The notes beneath the pieces were generated by a model, which searched no databases, was not told the DNA's origin, and saw nothing but the letters and a program-made list of their open reading frames with translations. A stretch of DNA of 64,000 bases. Source: Flavobacteriales bacterium. Its GTDB lineage: Bacteria; Bacteroidota; Bacteroidia; Flavobacteriales_D; Cryomorphaceae. The position numbers and the translations under genes are program-made. The stretch spans positions 12,768-76,767 of the forward strand of contig JBBQFC010000004.1 of NCBI GenBank assembly GCA_038321615.1, read 5' to 3'. Position 1 is the stretch's first letter, and each line of letters opens with the position of its first letter. Below, in pieces: positions 39,204 to 49,299 of this stretch.

Positions 39204-40391
39204 CTAAGGTAATATCACAAATTTAGCAGTTGATTCTCCCAAAACCAAGACATAAGATCCAGTGGGCAAATCAAAGTTCAAATTTTGATTATTGATGAAG
39301 GGCATAATGGGAAATTCTGCGACATTCCTACCCGCTAAGTCATAGACCTTTAGAACATCAGGCTTATTGAGTTCACTGCTCAGAGTGGCACTTCCACTAC
39401 TTGGGTTTGGCCAAATCTTTAAAGGCTTCCGCTCTGCTTTCTGAGCAATGCTGAGTGGGAAACCATTGGTTTCCGAAAAGGAAGGTATCATGCAGCTTAT
39501 CGATCCGGTGCCATTTCCAAATCGACCCTCACTATCATCGGGAATTTGAGGTCCAAATTTCACGTAGTCAACTGTGAGCGTGTCCGGGTTGGAGAGGAGA
39601 ATATCATCGCCGTCGGCACCTAACTTGAAAAAGGTATGCAAGCCGGGTTCAAAAAGGCCTTGGTCGCACCAAATGATCAAATAGCTGTTGGGCGCCATAG
39701 TAGTGTCGGGGAAAACAAATTGCGCAGGCTCCCCGATCTTATCGCTCAAGAACCATCCGCCCAGATTGATGGGTTGTGGGCTGTTGTTGTACAATTCGAT
39801 CCAATCTTCGTAACCTCCCCATTGATCTTGTACCGTACTTTCATTTATAGCTTGATATTCATTGATCACCACCCCCGGGTTCACACTATTGGTATTCGCG
39901 GAAGCAAAGGTGGGAATGAGTATTTTAAAAGGGCCGCTCCCGTTTGGGAATCTACCTATGGTAATATCGTCGGGGATCGAGCCGAAACTCACGAAATCGA
40001 CCGTGGCCGTGTCTGTATCGTACAAACCTACCTTTTCGCCGCTACCACTGAGGTTGAAAGCGGCGTGATAAGCACCCTGCTCCGGTTGGTTGTCGCACCA
40101 GATGATCAGGTAGGAGTCAGCAGGCAACACGGTATTCGGAAAAGCGTACTTGGTTCTTGTTGCTCGGCTGTCTGACAGAAAATAGCCTTCCAGTTGGACG
40201 GCTTCGCCACTTGCGTTGTAAATCTCTATCCAATCGTCGAATTCGCCAAATTCATCGGCGGCTGTACCATCGTTGCCAGCCATGAGTTCATTGATCAAAA
40301 GCTTGCCAAAGAGCGGCTCACATTGTGCCAAAGCTGCTGGAGAATGGCCTGCGAGAATTAATACGAGCCAGCCAAAATTTAATAATTTCAT
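39204..40391 (-). CDS. Secreted protein with two lamin-tail domains and T9SS type-A C-terminal sorting domain
   Basis: LINELMAGNDG...DWIEIYNASGEAVQLEGYFLSD and VINEYQAINE...DWIELYNNSPQPINLGGWFLSD. C-terminus KIWPNPSSGSATL...GSYVLVLGE. Start placed at ATG 40391 (MKLLNFGWLVLILAG). Confidence 0.8.
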   Translation of the reverse strand: MKLLNFGWLVLILAGHSPAALAQCEPLFGKLLINELMAGNDGTAADEFGEFDDWIEIYNASGEAVQLEGYFLSDSRATRTKYAFPNTVLPADSYLIIWCDNQPEQGAYHAAFNLSGSGEKVGLYDTDTATVDFVSFGSIPDDITIGRFPNGSGPFKILIPTFASANTNSVNPGVVINEYQAINESTVQDQWGGYEDWIELYNNSPQPINLGGWFLSDKIGEPAQFVFPDTTMAPNSYLIIWCDQGLFEPGLHTFFKLGADGDDILLSNPDTLTVDYVKFGPQIPDDSEGRFGNGTGSISCMIPSFSETNGFPLSIAQKAERKPLKIWPNPSSGSATLSSELNKPDVLKVYDLAGRNVAEFPIMPFINNQNLNFDLPTGSYVLVLGESTAKFVILP

Positions 40392-40500
40392 AACCGAAAG
40401 GTAGCCAAATATCCGAATTGGAATGTTTAACGAGAAATAATAGGATTGCAAGCCTGGACTAAATAATTACCAAGACTCACACATACACTAAGCTGTGTGC

Positions 40501-40944
40501 TTAGGCCATTACCACCTGATTGACGGATCGATATAAGAACTCATTGCAGATTCTGCGGCGGGCAAAACGCGTTGGGCTGTCGGAATTGAGGAATTTGTTA
40601 TAAAGCTCGCGAGATACCTCAAAGTACTCGAAGCTTTCGCCGTTCGAGAAATCAAGCGTTAATACCTGCTTTTGATAGTTGTAATTGGTTACCTGAGCCG
40701 CGCTGATAGTAGCGTTATAGGCTTCAGCATTCTTCGCCTTGGTTTCTGGAGCCACGCTTACTAAAAAATGGTACGCTTCGATCAAGATTTTACTCTTCGA
40801 TTCCGCATCTTCCCGTTCTGTTTCATCCTGAAATTTATCGGGATGAAATGCCTTCATCACGTTGCGATAAACGGTTTTCAGGCCTTGGAGATCTGCGGCT
40901 GATGTTACACCGAGAACTTTTCGGCTTTCTGAGATTTTCGACAT
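40501..40944 (-). CDS. J-domain protein with C-terminal KTSC domain
   Basis: J-domain HPD motif (YRNVMKAFHPDKF). C-terminal LTLDFSNGESFEYFEVSRELYNKFLNSDSPTRF is KTSC-like. Confidence 0.7.
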   Translation of the reverse strand: MSKISESRKVLGVTSAADLQGLKTVYRNVMKAFHPDKFQDETEREDAESKSKILIEAYHFLVSVAPETKAKNAEAYNATISAAQVTNYNYQKQVLTLDFSNGESFEYFEVSRELYNKFLNSDSPTRFARRRICNEFLYRSVNQVVMA

Positions 40945-40985
40945 GACTGCGCTTTTTTTAATTTCTGCTCCCGTTTTAGGGCGCG

Positions 40986-40993
40986 CAAAGGTA
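40986..40993 (-). promoter_or_regulatory. -7 promoter box TAccTTTG, 41 nt upstream of the J-domain gene ATG
   Basis: Plus strand reads CAAAGGTA. Confidence 0.35.
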
Positions 40994-41188
40994 ATTATAA
41001 TTCTTTTCGAAATTGAGCCTGTGCATTATTCGACTATTGCGCACTCGTGAATTTAGTAATCGGTGATCGAACGGTACACCCAGCCAATTCGGGAAGATAG
41101 AGACATATCTAATTTCAGGAATACTAAAAGGCATCATTGCGACACGAGCGGAAACCAATACCCTACATTTAGCGATCTTTTCGAGCCC

Positions 41189-42325
41189 ATGAAAAACCAA
41201 AAGAGAAAAATAATTAAGAAAATGATTTGGATAATACTCCTGCTGATGATTGCACTGGTGGTAATTGTTGTTGCGCTATTCCTCAATTCCAAACCTTTTG
41301 GAAAAGCTCCTGCGGGCGAGCGATTGGAGCGCTTTTCGAAAGTAAAATATTATCACGACGGAGCCTTCCACAACATAGAAGAAACCCCGATGCTGGCCGA
41401 TGGTGCTTCTTATACCAAAATACTCTTCGAGTTTTTCTTTAAAAGCTCCATGCGTAAAAGCCCAAAAACGCCCCTTCCAACCGTTAAGACTGATCTCAAA
41501 GCACTTGCAGCTATTTCGGACGTGCTGATTTGGTTCGGACATTCCTCCTATTTCATGCAAATCGATGGCATTCGCATTTTGGTCGATCCCGTGTTTAGCG
41601 GCAGCGCATCGCCAGTGCCCGGAAGCGTAAAAGCTTTCCCCGGAACAGATATTTACAGCGCCCGTGATATGCCGGAAATCGACTTGCTGCTAATCACACA
41701 TGATCATTATGATCACCTCGATTATGAAACCATTGTTGCCCTGAAGCCCAAGGTAAAGCAGGTTATTACTTCGCTTGGCTGTGGGAGTCATCTTGAATAC
41801 TGGGGTTACGATGCTTCGCTCATTACCGAATTAAATTGGGAAGAGTCGATCGATTTTAATGAGAACTTAAAATTAACTGCTCTCCCTGCTCGCCACTTTG
41901 GCGGCCGTGGTCTAAACCGCGGAAACACCTTTTGGTCGGCCTTCTTGATGGAGTCTGATGCTCTTTCAATTCTTGTGGGCGGAGACAGCGGTTATGGCAA
42001 ACATTTCAAAGAAATCGGAAATGCTCATCCGGGTATCGATCTTGCAATTCTTGAAAATGGGCAGTACGATGTAAAATGGCCCTTTATCCATATGCAGCCC
42101 GATGAAGTAATATTAGCCATAAAGGATCTGGGAGCAAAACGCTTACTCCCTGTACATTCCGGAAAGTTTGCTTTGGCTAACCACGACTGGGACGAGCCGC
42201 TAAAAAGCATCAATGATGCCAGCAGTAAAGCTGGCATTCCACTTTTGACGCCGAGAATCGGCGAAGTTATTAGGCTAAATGATGCCGATCAGCGCTTCGA
42301 CGCTTGGTGGGTCGGAATTGACTGA
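41189..42325 (+). CDS. MBL-fold metallo-hydrolase with N-terminal TM anchor
   Basis: Metal-binding motif LLITHDHYDHLD. TM segment MIWIILLLMIALVVIVVALFL. Start placed at ATG 41189. Confidence 0.8.
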   Translation: MKNQKRKIIKKMIWIILLLMIALVVIVVALFLNSKPFGKAPAGERLERFSKVKYYHDGAFHNIEETPMLADGASYTKILFEFFFKSSMRKSPKTPLPTVKTDLKALAAISDVLIWFGHSSYFMQIDGIRILVDPVFSGSASPVPGSVKAFPGTDIYSARDMPEIDLLLITHDHYDHLDYETIVALKPKVKQVITSLGCGSHLEYWGYDASLITELNWEESIDFNENLKLTALPARHFGGRGLNRGNTFWSAFLMESDALSILVGGDSGYGKHFKEIGNAHPGIDLAILENGQYDVKWPFIHMQPDEVILAIKDLGAKRLLPVHSGKFALANHDWDEPLKSINDASSKAGIPLLTPRIGEVIRLNDADQRFDAWWVGID

Positions 42326-42431
42326 TGAGTTGATCACTTTCGGGATGATATGTTAAAGTGCGAGTCTATGAATCAGTCTATTGTTTTTTTTCGCATTTTT
42401 GAGCAGCGAAAAACATATAAAACGCATCGTC

Positions 42432-42755
42432 ATGAAAAAATTTCTTCCTTTTGTACTCGTTCTTTTTATTCTTTCTTCCTGTGAAGAAGATAGTGTTACT
42501 CCCCTACCACAGATTAACGAGTCAAAACTGCGTGAAGTGATCGAAGACAAGAAAGTAGATGCACTCGAAATGTGTTGTTCTGATTGTCCTTGCAATCAAG
42601 AAATGGGAGTTGGTAAAGATTTTAGCTTTCCGGGCAGCAATACGGTTCGTATTCGCCGAAATGAGTACGATCTCAACCGCGTTTTTAGCTACCGCATCGA
42701 GCAATTTCAAGATGGCTGGCAAAAAGAAACGCGGATGATTATGTATATGGAGTAA
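42432..42755 (+). CDS. Small lipoprotein of unknown function
   Basis: Lipobox MKKFLPFVLVLFILSSC. 107 aa. Confidence 0.5.
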   Translation: MKKFLPFVLVLFILSSCEEDSVTPLPQINESKLREVIEDKKVDALEMCCSDCPCNQEMGVGKDFSFPGSNTVRIRRNEYDLNRVFSYRIEQFQDGWQKETRMIMYME

Positions 42756-43015
42756 TTCACCCTTAGAGCTATTTCTGATGCGACGCTGGCATTACGAAAC
42801 AGCGCGTAATTTCCAAATTTGCAATAGGTCAAACGCCATTTTCATATTGGCTCATTCACACGCCTTGATTGGATAGCAATATCACAAAACCGGTGTTTTA
42901 TTTGACGCTGACTGTAATTTCATTAAATTGATTGAATTCAACTCCTTATCGAAAAAATTGCAGCAGGTCCGTTTTCTCTTTTTCCATCCAATTTAACCAT
43001 AAATCCCATCTTATC

Positions 43016-44383
43016 ATGACCATTCACAGGCGCTACTGGCTGATGCTAATATTGGCTTTACCGCTCTTAATTCAGGGTTGCGAAAGCCAGAATAACACAT
43101 GGAAAGAGAGCGTTGCCGATCCAGATCTTCTACATTCCTGCGTAGAAAAGCTAACGAAGACAGTCGTCTATGACGTTTTCTCACCACCCGTTTCTTCGCG
43201 CGTATATGCGTACCCTTCCATAGCAGCTTATGAAGCCTTTCACCACGGAAATCCAGCTAAAAAACTTTCGGGCAGGCTTAATGATTTTGAGCTTCCTGAT
43301 GTCGCGATACCAGCGAATGTCTCTAAAGAAATAGCAGCATGCGCAGCCTTCTTGGAAACCAGTAAAGCATTTATTTTTTCTGAAAATCAGATTGCTCAGT
43401 TTCAGGATAGCCTGCTTCAATACTATATTACCAAAGGCGTACCAGAGGAAACTATAGATGCTTCTGAAACCTATGGAAAAGAAATAGCCAAATATGTGGT
43501 GGCATGGTCAAATAAAGACAATTACAAAGAATCACGGTCGTTTCAACGCTACACTCCATCTAAGATAGATAGTGCATATGCTTTAACTCCGCCCGACTAT
43601 ACAGATGCGCTGGAGCCCAATTGGAATAAAATCAGGCCTTTAGTTATGGATTCAGTTTCCCAATTTATGCCGGCGCGACCCATACCTTACAGCAGCGACA
43701 CTGCTTCGGCTTTCTTCAAACAAGCATATGACGTTTACAAGCTTTCTCAAGTGCTCTCAGACTAAGAAAAAGATATTGCCAGATTTTGGGACAATAACCC
43801 CTTTATCAATGAACATCACGGTCATTTAATGATTGGTGTAAAAAAGGTTGGACCTCCCGGTCATTGGTTGGGAATCGCCGAAATGGCTTGCAAACATTAC
43901 AATACCGATATCGAAGGATCCATTGATGCCTATGCATTCACATCTATCGCATTTTTCGATGCATTCATTTCTGCTTTTGACGAGAAGTATCGCAGTCATT
44001 ATATTCGACCGGAAACCTATATAAACAGGCATATAGATGCAACCTGGCAACCGCTTATTCACACACCACCGTTTCCGGAATATCCGAGTGCACACAGCGT
44101 AACATCGGGTGCTGTGGCAACCGTACTTACTCAACTTTTTGGCGAAAATTTCGCATTCACAGATTCAGTTGAAGTACCTTTTGGGCAGCAGCCAAGGCAA
44201 CTTCCCAGTTTTCTCGAAGCAGCTCAGGAAGCATCCATAAGCCGACTTTATGGTGGTATTCACTATTTGGAATCGCTGGATAACGGCAATCTTCAGGGCA
44301 GAGTTTTGGGAGCATTTATCGTAAATAAATTGCAAATAAATCCATTGGTTTTGGCTCCTTTAACTGCTCAAGATGAGTTATAG
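43016..44383 (+). pseudogene. PAP2 / vanadium-haloperoxidase-like lipoprotein gene interrupted by one in-frame TAA (43763..43765)
   Basis: ORFs 42932..43765 and 43829..44383 share one frame. Reading through the TAA gives ...SQVLSD*EKDIARFWDNNPF...HLMIGVKK. PAP2 motifs lie in the distal part (KYRSHYIRPE, YPSAHS, SRLYGGIHY). Lipobox MTIHRRYWLMLILALPLLIQGC. Confidence 0.7.
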
Positions 44384-47300
44384 GTTACCCATTCGAATGA
44401 TTTTCATCCTGGCCATTTTCGCTTCTTGCGAACCCAAGAGGGATGGAACGGTTCAAGATGAGACAGCTGCTCCCGAAAAACAGACCGCTCTCTTTAAAAT
44501 GATAAGTCCCGATAGCTCAGGGGTAAGATTTGCCAACCATATTACTCAGACTTTTGCGCTCAACGTTTATACGTATGCGTATTTATTCAATGGCGGAGGA
44601 GTTGCAACGGGCGATATTAATAATGACGGGCTACCCGACATTTATTTTACCTCCACAATCGGAGAAGATAAGCTATACCTGAATAAAGGAAACCTGACAT
44701 TTGAAGACATTTCAGCGAAAGCGGGCATCGCCAACTTCGTAGGAATCAAGACAGGGGTCACGATGGCCGATATCAATAATGATGGCTATTTGGACATCTA
44801 CGTGTGCCGCTCTGGCCCAACCAAGGATGAACAAAATTTAAATAATCTCGTGTTTATTAATAATCAAGATTTGACTTTTACTGAGCAAGCATCCAGCCTT
44901 GGGCTTCTAGATAAAAGCAATTCTACTCAAGCGTATTTCGCTGATTTCGATGAGGATGGAGACCTAGACATCTACTTGGTAAATCATCGAATTGACTTTA
45001 CCAATAGCACAAAATTAAGGCTCAAACAAAATGAAGACGGATCAATTGAAAGGATCCTTGGAGCCCAAACGGCCTTTGAATCGGATCGATTGTTTAGAAA
45101 TGATGGCAGGTCTTTTTCAGATGTTAGTAAAGCAGCAGGCATCGACAATAGTGCTTTCGGGCTGAGTGCATCTATCGGAGACTTTAACAATGATGGGCAC
45201 CTGGACATATATGTCGCCAACGATTATGTGGACCCAGACTTTTGCTATATAAATAATGGTGACGGTACCTTCCGCGAGTCGATGGAAAAGATTTTTAGGC
45301 ATATCAGTCAAAGTACCATGGGAACCGATGCGGCGGATGTAAATAACGATGGCTTAATTGATATCGTGGCTGCCGATATGGCTTCCGAGTCGAATTTTAG
45401 ACAAAAATCTTTAATCAGCGTAATGATGTATGATCGATTTGCGACATTGTTGGAATATAATTTTGGAAAACAATTGAGCCGAAATACGCTCCAAATTAAT
45501 AATGGAAATGGCTCATTTAGTGAAGTCGGTGAGTTTGCTGGTCTAAGCCGAACCGACTGGAGTTGGTCGCCTACTATTTTGGATCTTGATAACGACGGCT
45601 ATAAAGATATTTTCATCACCAATGGGTATCGTTTTGAAGTCACAAACCACGACTATCTCAAGTTTACGCTCGACTCGCTGAATAAAAACGTTGGACTCTC
45701 ATCGGCAGAAAAACTGGAGATTTTTTTGTCGAAAATTCCAACATCCAAATTGAGCAACTACGCCTTCCGCAATGAGCATTCTCTGAAATTCTCGAATAAA
45801 ACTTCGGAATGGGGCCTAGACATTCCATCAAATTCAACAGGGGCTAGCTTCGCTGATCTGGATGGAGACGGAGATCTGGATATGATTATAAACAACACGG
45901 ATGATTTTGCTTCTGTGTACGAGAACTTAAGCAATGATGCACTCGGCAACAACTATCTAAAAGTAAATTTCGATGGAAAATCAGGAAATCTTCTGGGCGT
46001 AGGATCTCGGGTGGAAGTAACCACGAATGAAGGGATTCAAGTACAAGAATATTTCCCGAGCCGCGGATTCATATCCGGAGTGTCGAGCGAAGTGCATTTC
46101 GGCTTGGGTAAAAATAAAGCAATTAATCAGGTGCGCGTTATCTGGCCGGACAAAAAAGAAGAGATAATTGAGAATCCAGAAATCAATCAAACTTTAACAT
46201 TCAACTACGTCAATTCAAATAAAGCTTCATTGTTAAATCTGGCAAAGACTCAGGTTATTTTTGAAGAACTGGCCAAGGATGTCATAGACTTTACACATAG
46301 TGAAGCGGAATTTATCGATTTTAAAAGAGAGCCATTAATTCCTCATCTGCTCTCATGCGAAGGGCCCATTCTTGCCGTGGCAGATATTAACAATGATGGC
46401 TTGGATGACCTTTTTGTAGGTGGCGGTGGCGGAAAAGCCAATGATTCAAAGAGCGGCCAAGCAGGGGTGATTTTTTTGCAACGGAAGGATGGAACCTTTA
46501 GCACGCTGGCCCAACCTGCACTTGAAGCAGATCGATTGGCTGAGGATGTGGGCGCACTTTTTTTCGATGCAGATAACGATGGCGATCAGGATCTTTACGT
46601 GGTGAGTGGTAGCAATGAGTATGATTCGGAAAGTCCGCTTTATCAAGATCGATTATATACGAACGATGGTTCCGGCCGATTGCAAAGAAAGGTGTCGGCT
46701 CTTCCCAACGAAGTACTTAGTGGAAGCTGCGTAAAGGCGGCTGATTTTGATGGCGATGGTGATCTTGATCTATTTGTGGGAAGCAAACTGCTCCCCGGAA
46801 GCTACCCGAAAGCCCCCGGCAGCTTATTGCTGAAAAACGAAGGGGGTACTTTCAAAAATGTTTCTGCAACCTTTTTTCCGAAAAATTGGAAATCATCCAT
46901 GGTTTTTGACGCTGTGTGGTGTGATTTGAACAACGACAAACGCCCAGATTTGATAATCGTAGGCGAATGGATGCCCATCACCATTTTCGAAAACACGGGA
47001 AATTCGTTTGAAATGCGCGAAATCGAAAACTCTACGGGTTGGTGGAATTGCATAGAAATGATCGATCACGATCAAGATGGCGATACGGATTTTGTAATCG
47101 GAAATTTAGGCTTAAATTCCCGTCTAAAAGCCAGTCCATCAGAGCCATTACGCATATATTACGATGATTTCGACTCAAATGGAAGTGTAGATGCCATAAT
47201 AAGTTACTACAACGAAGGGCAGGAGTATCCTCTGGTTCAAAAAGATTTGCTCCTGAGCCAGTTGCCCGTATTAAAAAAGAAGTATGTGACCTACAATAGC

Positions 47301-47744
47301 TACGCCTCAGCAACGATACAGAATTTACTTTCAAATGAACAGCTGGCAAAAAGTAATAAAAAAGAAGCGGTCAACTTTAGCTCTTCCATCTTAGAAAATC
47401 TAGGCGGTGGAAGTTTCAAACTATTACCTCTTCCCGAAGAAGCTCAACTCGCGCCCATACGATCCATACTAAAGTTGGACTATGATGCTAATGGCACGGA
47501 AGATTTACTGCTCCTGGGAAACTCTTTTGGAACTGAAGTAGAAACGGGTGTTTACGACGCGCTCAATGGGGTATTACTCAAAAATACTAATGGAAATTTT
47601 AGACCCGTCCACTTCGCAGAAAGTGGGTTTTTTGCTCCGGGCGATGGGAGAAGTTTAGCTCAGGTTAAAACATCGAATGAAGCTACATTGGTCATTGCTG
47701 CTTACAATAATGCACCCTTGCGTATTTGGAAAATCAATAAATGA
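44373..47744 (+). CDS. CRTAC1/ASPIC-UnbV family protein with FG-GAP/VCBS repeats
   Basis: Many (D/N)xNNDGxxD(I/L)(Y/F)V repeats and an UnbV_ASPIC segment GVGSRVEVTTNEGIQVQEYFPSRGFISGVSSEVHFGLG. Lipoprotein signal ILAIFASC. 11-nt overlap with the haloperoxidase-like gene. Confidence 0.85.
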   Translation: MSYRLPIRMIFILAIFASCEPKRDGTVQDETAAPEKQTALFKMISPDSSGVRFANHITQTFALNVYTYAYLFNGGGVATGDINNDGLPDIYFTSTIGEDKLYLNKGNLTFEDISAKAGIANFVGIKTGVTMADINNDGYLDIYVCRSGPTKDEQNLNNLVFINNQDLTFTEQASSLGLLDKSNSTQAYFADFDEDGDLDIYLVNHRIDFTNSTKLRLKQNEDGSIERILGAQTAFESDRLFRNDGRSFSDVSKAAGIDNSAFGLSASIGDFNNDGHLDIYVANDYVDPDFCYINNGDGTFRESMEKIFRHISQSTMGTDAADVNNDGLIDIVAADMASESNFRQKSLISVMMYDRFATLLEYNFGKQLSRNTLQINNGNGSFSEVGEFAGLSRTDWSWSPTILDLDNDGYKDIFITNGYRFEVTNHDYLKFTLDSLNKNVGLSSAEKLEIFLSKIPTSKLSNYAFRNEHSLKFSNKTSEWGLDIPSNSTGASFADLDGDGDLDMIINNTDDFASVYENLSNDALGNNYLKVNFDGKSGNLLGVGSRVEVTTNEGIQVQEYFPSRGFISGVSSEVHFGLGKNKAINQVRVIWPDKKEEIIENPEINQTLTFNYVNSNKASLLNLAKTQVIFEELAKDVIDFTHSEAEFIDFKREPLIPHLLSCEGPILAVADINNDGLDDLFVGGGGGKANDSKSGQAGVIFLQRKDGTFSTLAQPALEADRLAEDVGALFFDADNDGDQDLYVVSGSNEYDSESPLYQDRLYTNDGSGRLQRKVSALPNEVLSGSCVKAADFDGDGDLDLFVGSKLLPGSYPKAPGSLLLKNEGGTFKNVSATFFPKNWKSSMVFDAVWCDLNNDKRPDLIIVGEWMPITIFENTGNSFEMREIENSTGWWNCIEMIDHDQDGDTDFVIGNLGLNSRLKASPSEPLRIYYDDFDSNGSVDAIISYYNEGQEYPLVQKDLLLSQLPVLKKKYVTYNSYASATIQNLLSNEQLAKSNKKEAVNFSSSILENLGGGSFKLLPLPEEAQLAPIRSILKLDYDANGTEDLLLLGNSFGTEVETGVYDALNGVLLKNTNGNFRPVHFAESGFFAPGDGRSLAQVKTSNEATLVIAAYNNAPLRIWKINK

Positions 47745-47936
47745 TTGTTTCTAAAAGAGACGTAGAAGTATTCAGAAAATGTGACACGTGCATACCTGAA
47801 GACATCTACTATTTGTAGTCCAAAAAATTTGCAACATAGGCCAATATATTTTCCGCTCACCAAACTGAAAAGAAAATTTAGCATCTCGTGAATTAAGTGG
47901 GAGAAACTTTTATCATTGTAGCGAAAAAACCGAAAT

Positions 47937-48344
47937 ATGAGCATGATCAAAGAGTTTAAGGAGTTTGCCATGCGCGGCAATCTGGTAGACTTAGCTGTTG
48001 CATTCGTCATGGGAGCCGCTTTTACAAAATTAGTGTCGTCTTTTGTCGATGGCATCGTGATGCCGCTCGTCGGATTAGTGACGGCAGGCGTGGATTTCAC
48101 CAAATTGAAATTGGTGCTAAAAGAAGCTCAGATTGGTGCAGATGGAGCGGTATCTGTTCCAGAAACGGCTATCAGCTACGGTCAGTTTATTACGGTCACC
48201 CTGGATTTTATAATTGTTTCTTTCGCGATGTTTATGCTCGTAAAAGCGGTGAACAAGATGCGGAAGAAGGAAGATCCCGTGCCCGCAGGCCACACTCCCG
48301 ATCAGGCTTTGCTTATTGAAATTCGCGATTTGCTCAAAAAGTAA
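47937..48344 (+). CDS. mscL: Large-conductance mechanosensitive channel MscL
   Basis: N-terminus MIKEFKEFAMRGNLVDLAVAFVMGAAFTKLVSSFVDGIVMPLVG is the MscL signature. 135 aa. Confidence 0.93.
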   Translation: MSMIKEFKEFAMRGNLVDLAVAFVMGAAFTKLVSSFVDGIVMPLVGLVTAGVDFTKLKLVLKEAQIGADGAVSVPETAISYGQFITVTLDFIIVSFAMFMLVKAVNKMRKKEDPVPAGHTPDQALLIEIRDLLKK

Positions 48345-48364
48345 TTAGCCCTGTTGTAATTTTG

Positions 48365-48394
48365 AAGCCGAACCTTGGTTCGGCTTTCTTGTTT
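48365..48394 (+). terminator. Intrinsic terminator after mscL
   Basis: Stem AAGCCGAA/TTCGGCTT, loop CCTTGG, then TCTTGTTT. Confidence 0.65.
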
Positions 48395-48477
48395 AGTAGG
48401 CTGTGAGATTAATTTTTATCTGCCTTTGGGCGTTCTTTATACCACGATTGGACGCTACAGCTCAAAATAGGAACGCC

Positions 48478-49212
48478 ATGAACCCCGTAAATAATGACTC
48501 CAACAAGGTAACCGTCGAGATTTGGAGCGACGTAATGTGTCCCTTCTGCTATATCGGAAAGCGGAGATTTGAGAAAGCCCTCGATCAATTTACATTTAAG
48601 CAAGATGTGGAAGTGGTGTGGAAAAGCTTCCAGCTAAATCCTTCCATGGTTACAAACCCCGACGTAAGCGTCAAAGAGCATCTTGCTGAGCAAAAAGGCT
48701 GGAGTGCGGCTCAAACCGACCAGGCTATGGATCATGTAATCCAAATGGCCGCCGAAGAAGGGCTTCATTACGATTTTGATAAAGCCGTGGTTGCCAATTC
48801 GTTCAAGGCACATCGACTTTTGCAATATGCCAAAACGAAAAATCAAGGCGACGCCCTTAAAGAAGCTTTGCTTAAAGCCTATTTCATCGATGGGGAAAAC
48901 ACAGACGATGATGTCATTTTGCTCGATTTGGCAATAGCCGTTGGCCTCGATAAAGCGGAGAGCATTGCAGTGCTACAAAACAAAGATTCCTTTGCAGAAG
49001 CCGTCAAAACAGATATTCAGGAAGCCAATCAAATGGGCATTCGCGGGGTGCCTTACTTCGTGATCAATAGCAAGTACGGCATTTCGGGGGCGCAAGAAGT
49101 GAAAGTTTTTGAGCAGGCTCTAAGGCAGGCTTATGCAGAAACGCAATTAATAGAATCGGCAGCGGGAAGCGCGGAAGGGGCTGTTTGCACACCCGAGGGT
49201 GAATGTGAATAA
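48478..49212 (+). CDS. DsbA-family (FrnE-like) thiol oxidoreductase
   Basis: Thioredoxin-fold active site VEIWSDVMCPFCYIGKRRFE (CPFC). GVPYFVIN near the C-terminus. Start placed at ATG 48478. Confidence 0.85.
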   Translation: MNPVNNDSNKVTVEIWSDVMCPFCYIGKRRFEKALDQFTFKQDVEVVWKSFQLNPSMVTNPDVSVKEHLAEQKGWSAAQTDQAMDHVIQMAAEEGLHYDFDKAVVANSFKAHRLLQYAKTKNQGDALKEALLKAYFIDGENTDDDVILLDLAIAVGLDKAESIAVLQNKDSFAEAVKTDIQEANQMGIRGVPYFVINSKYGISGAQEVKVFEQALRQAYAETQLIESAAGSAEGAVCTPEGECE

Positions 49213-49299
49213 ACTACCGACTATTTTCAGGTTGTCATTATTTCGTTAATTCTCGGTAAGCGGCCACTTTCCTTATAGTTCTAAAGCTATATTCGCCTT

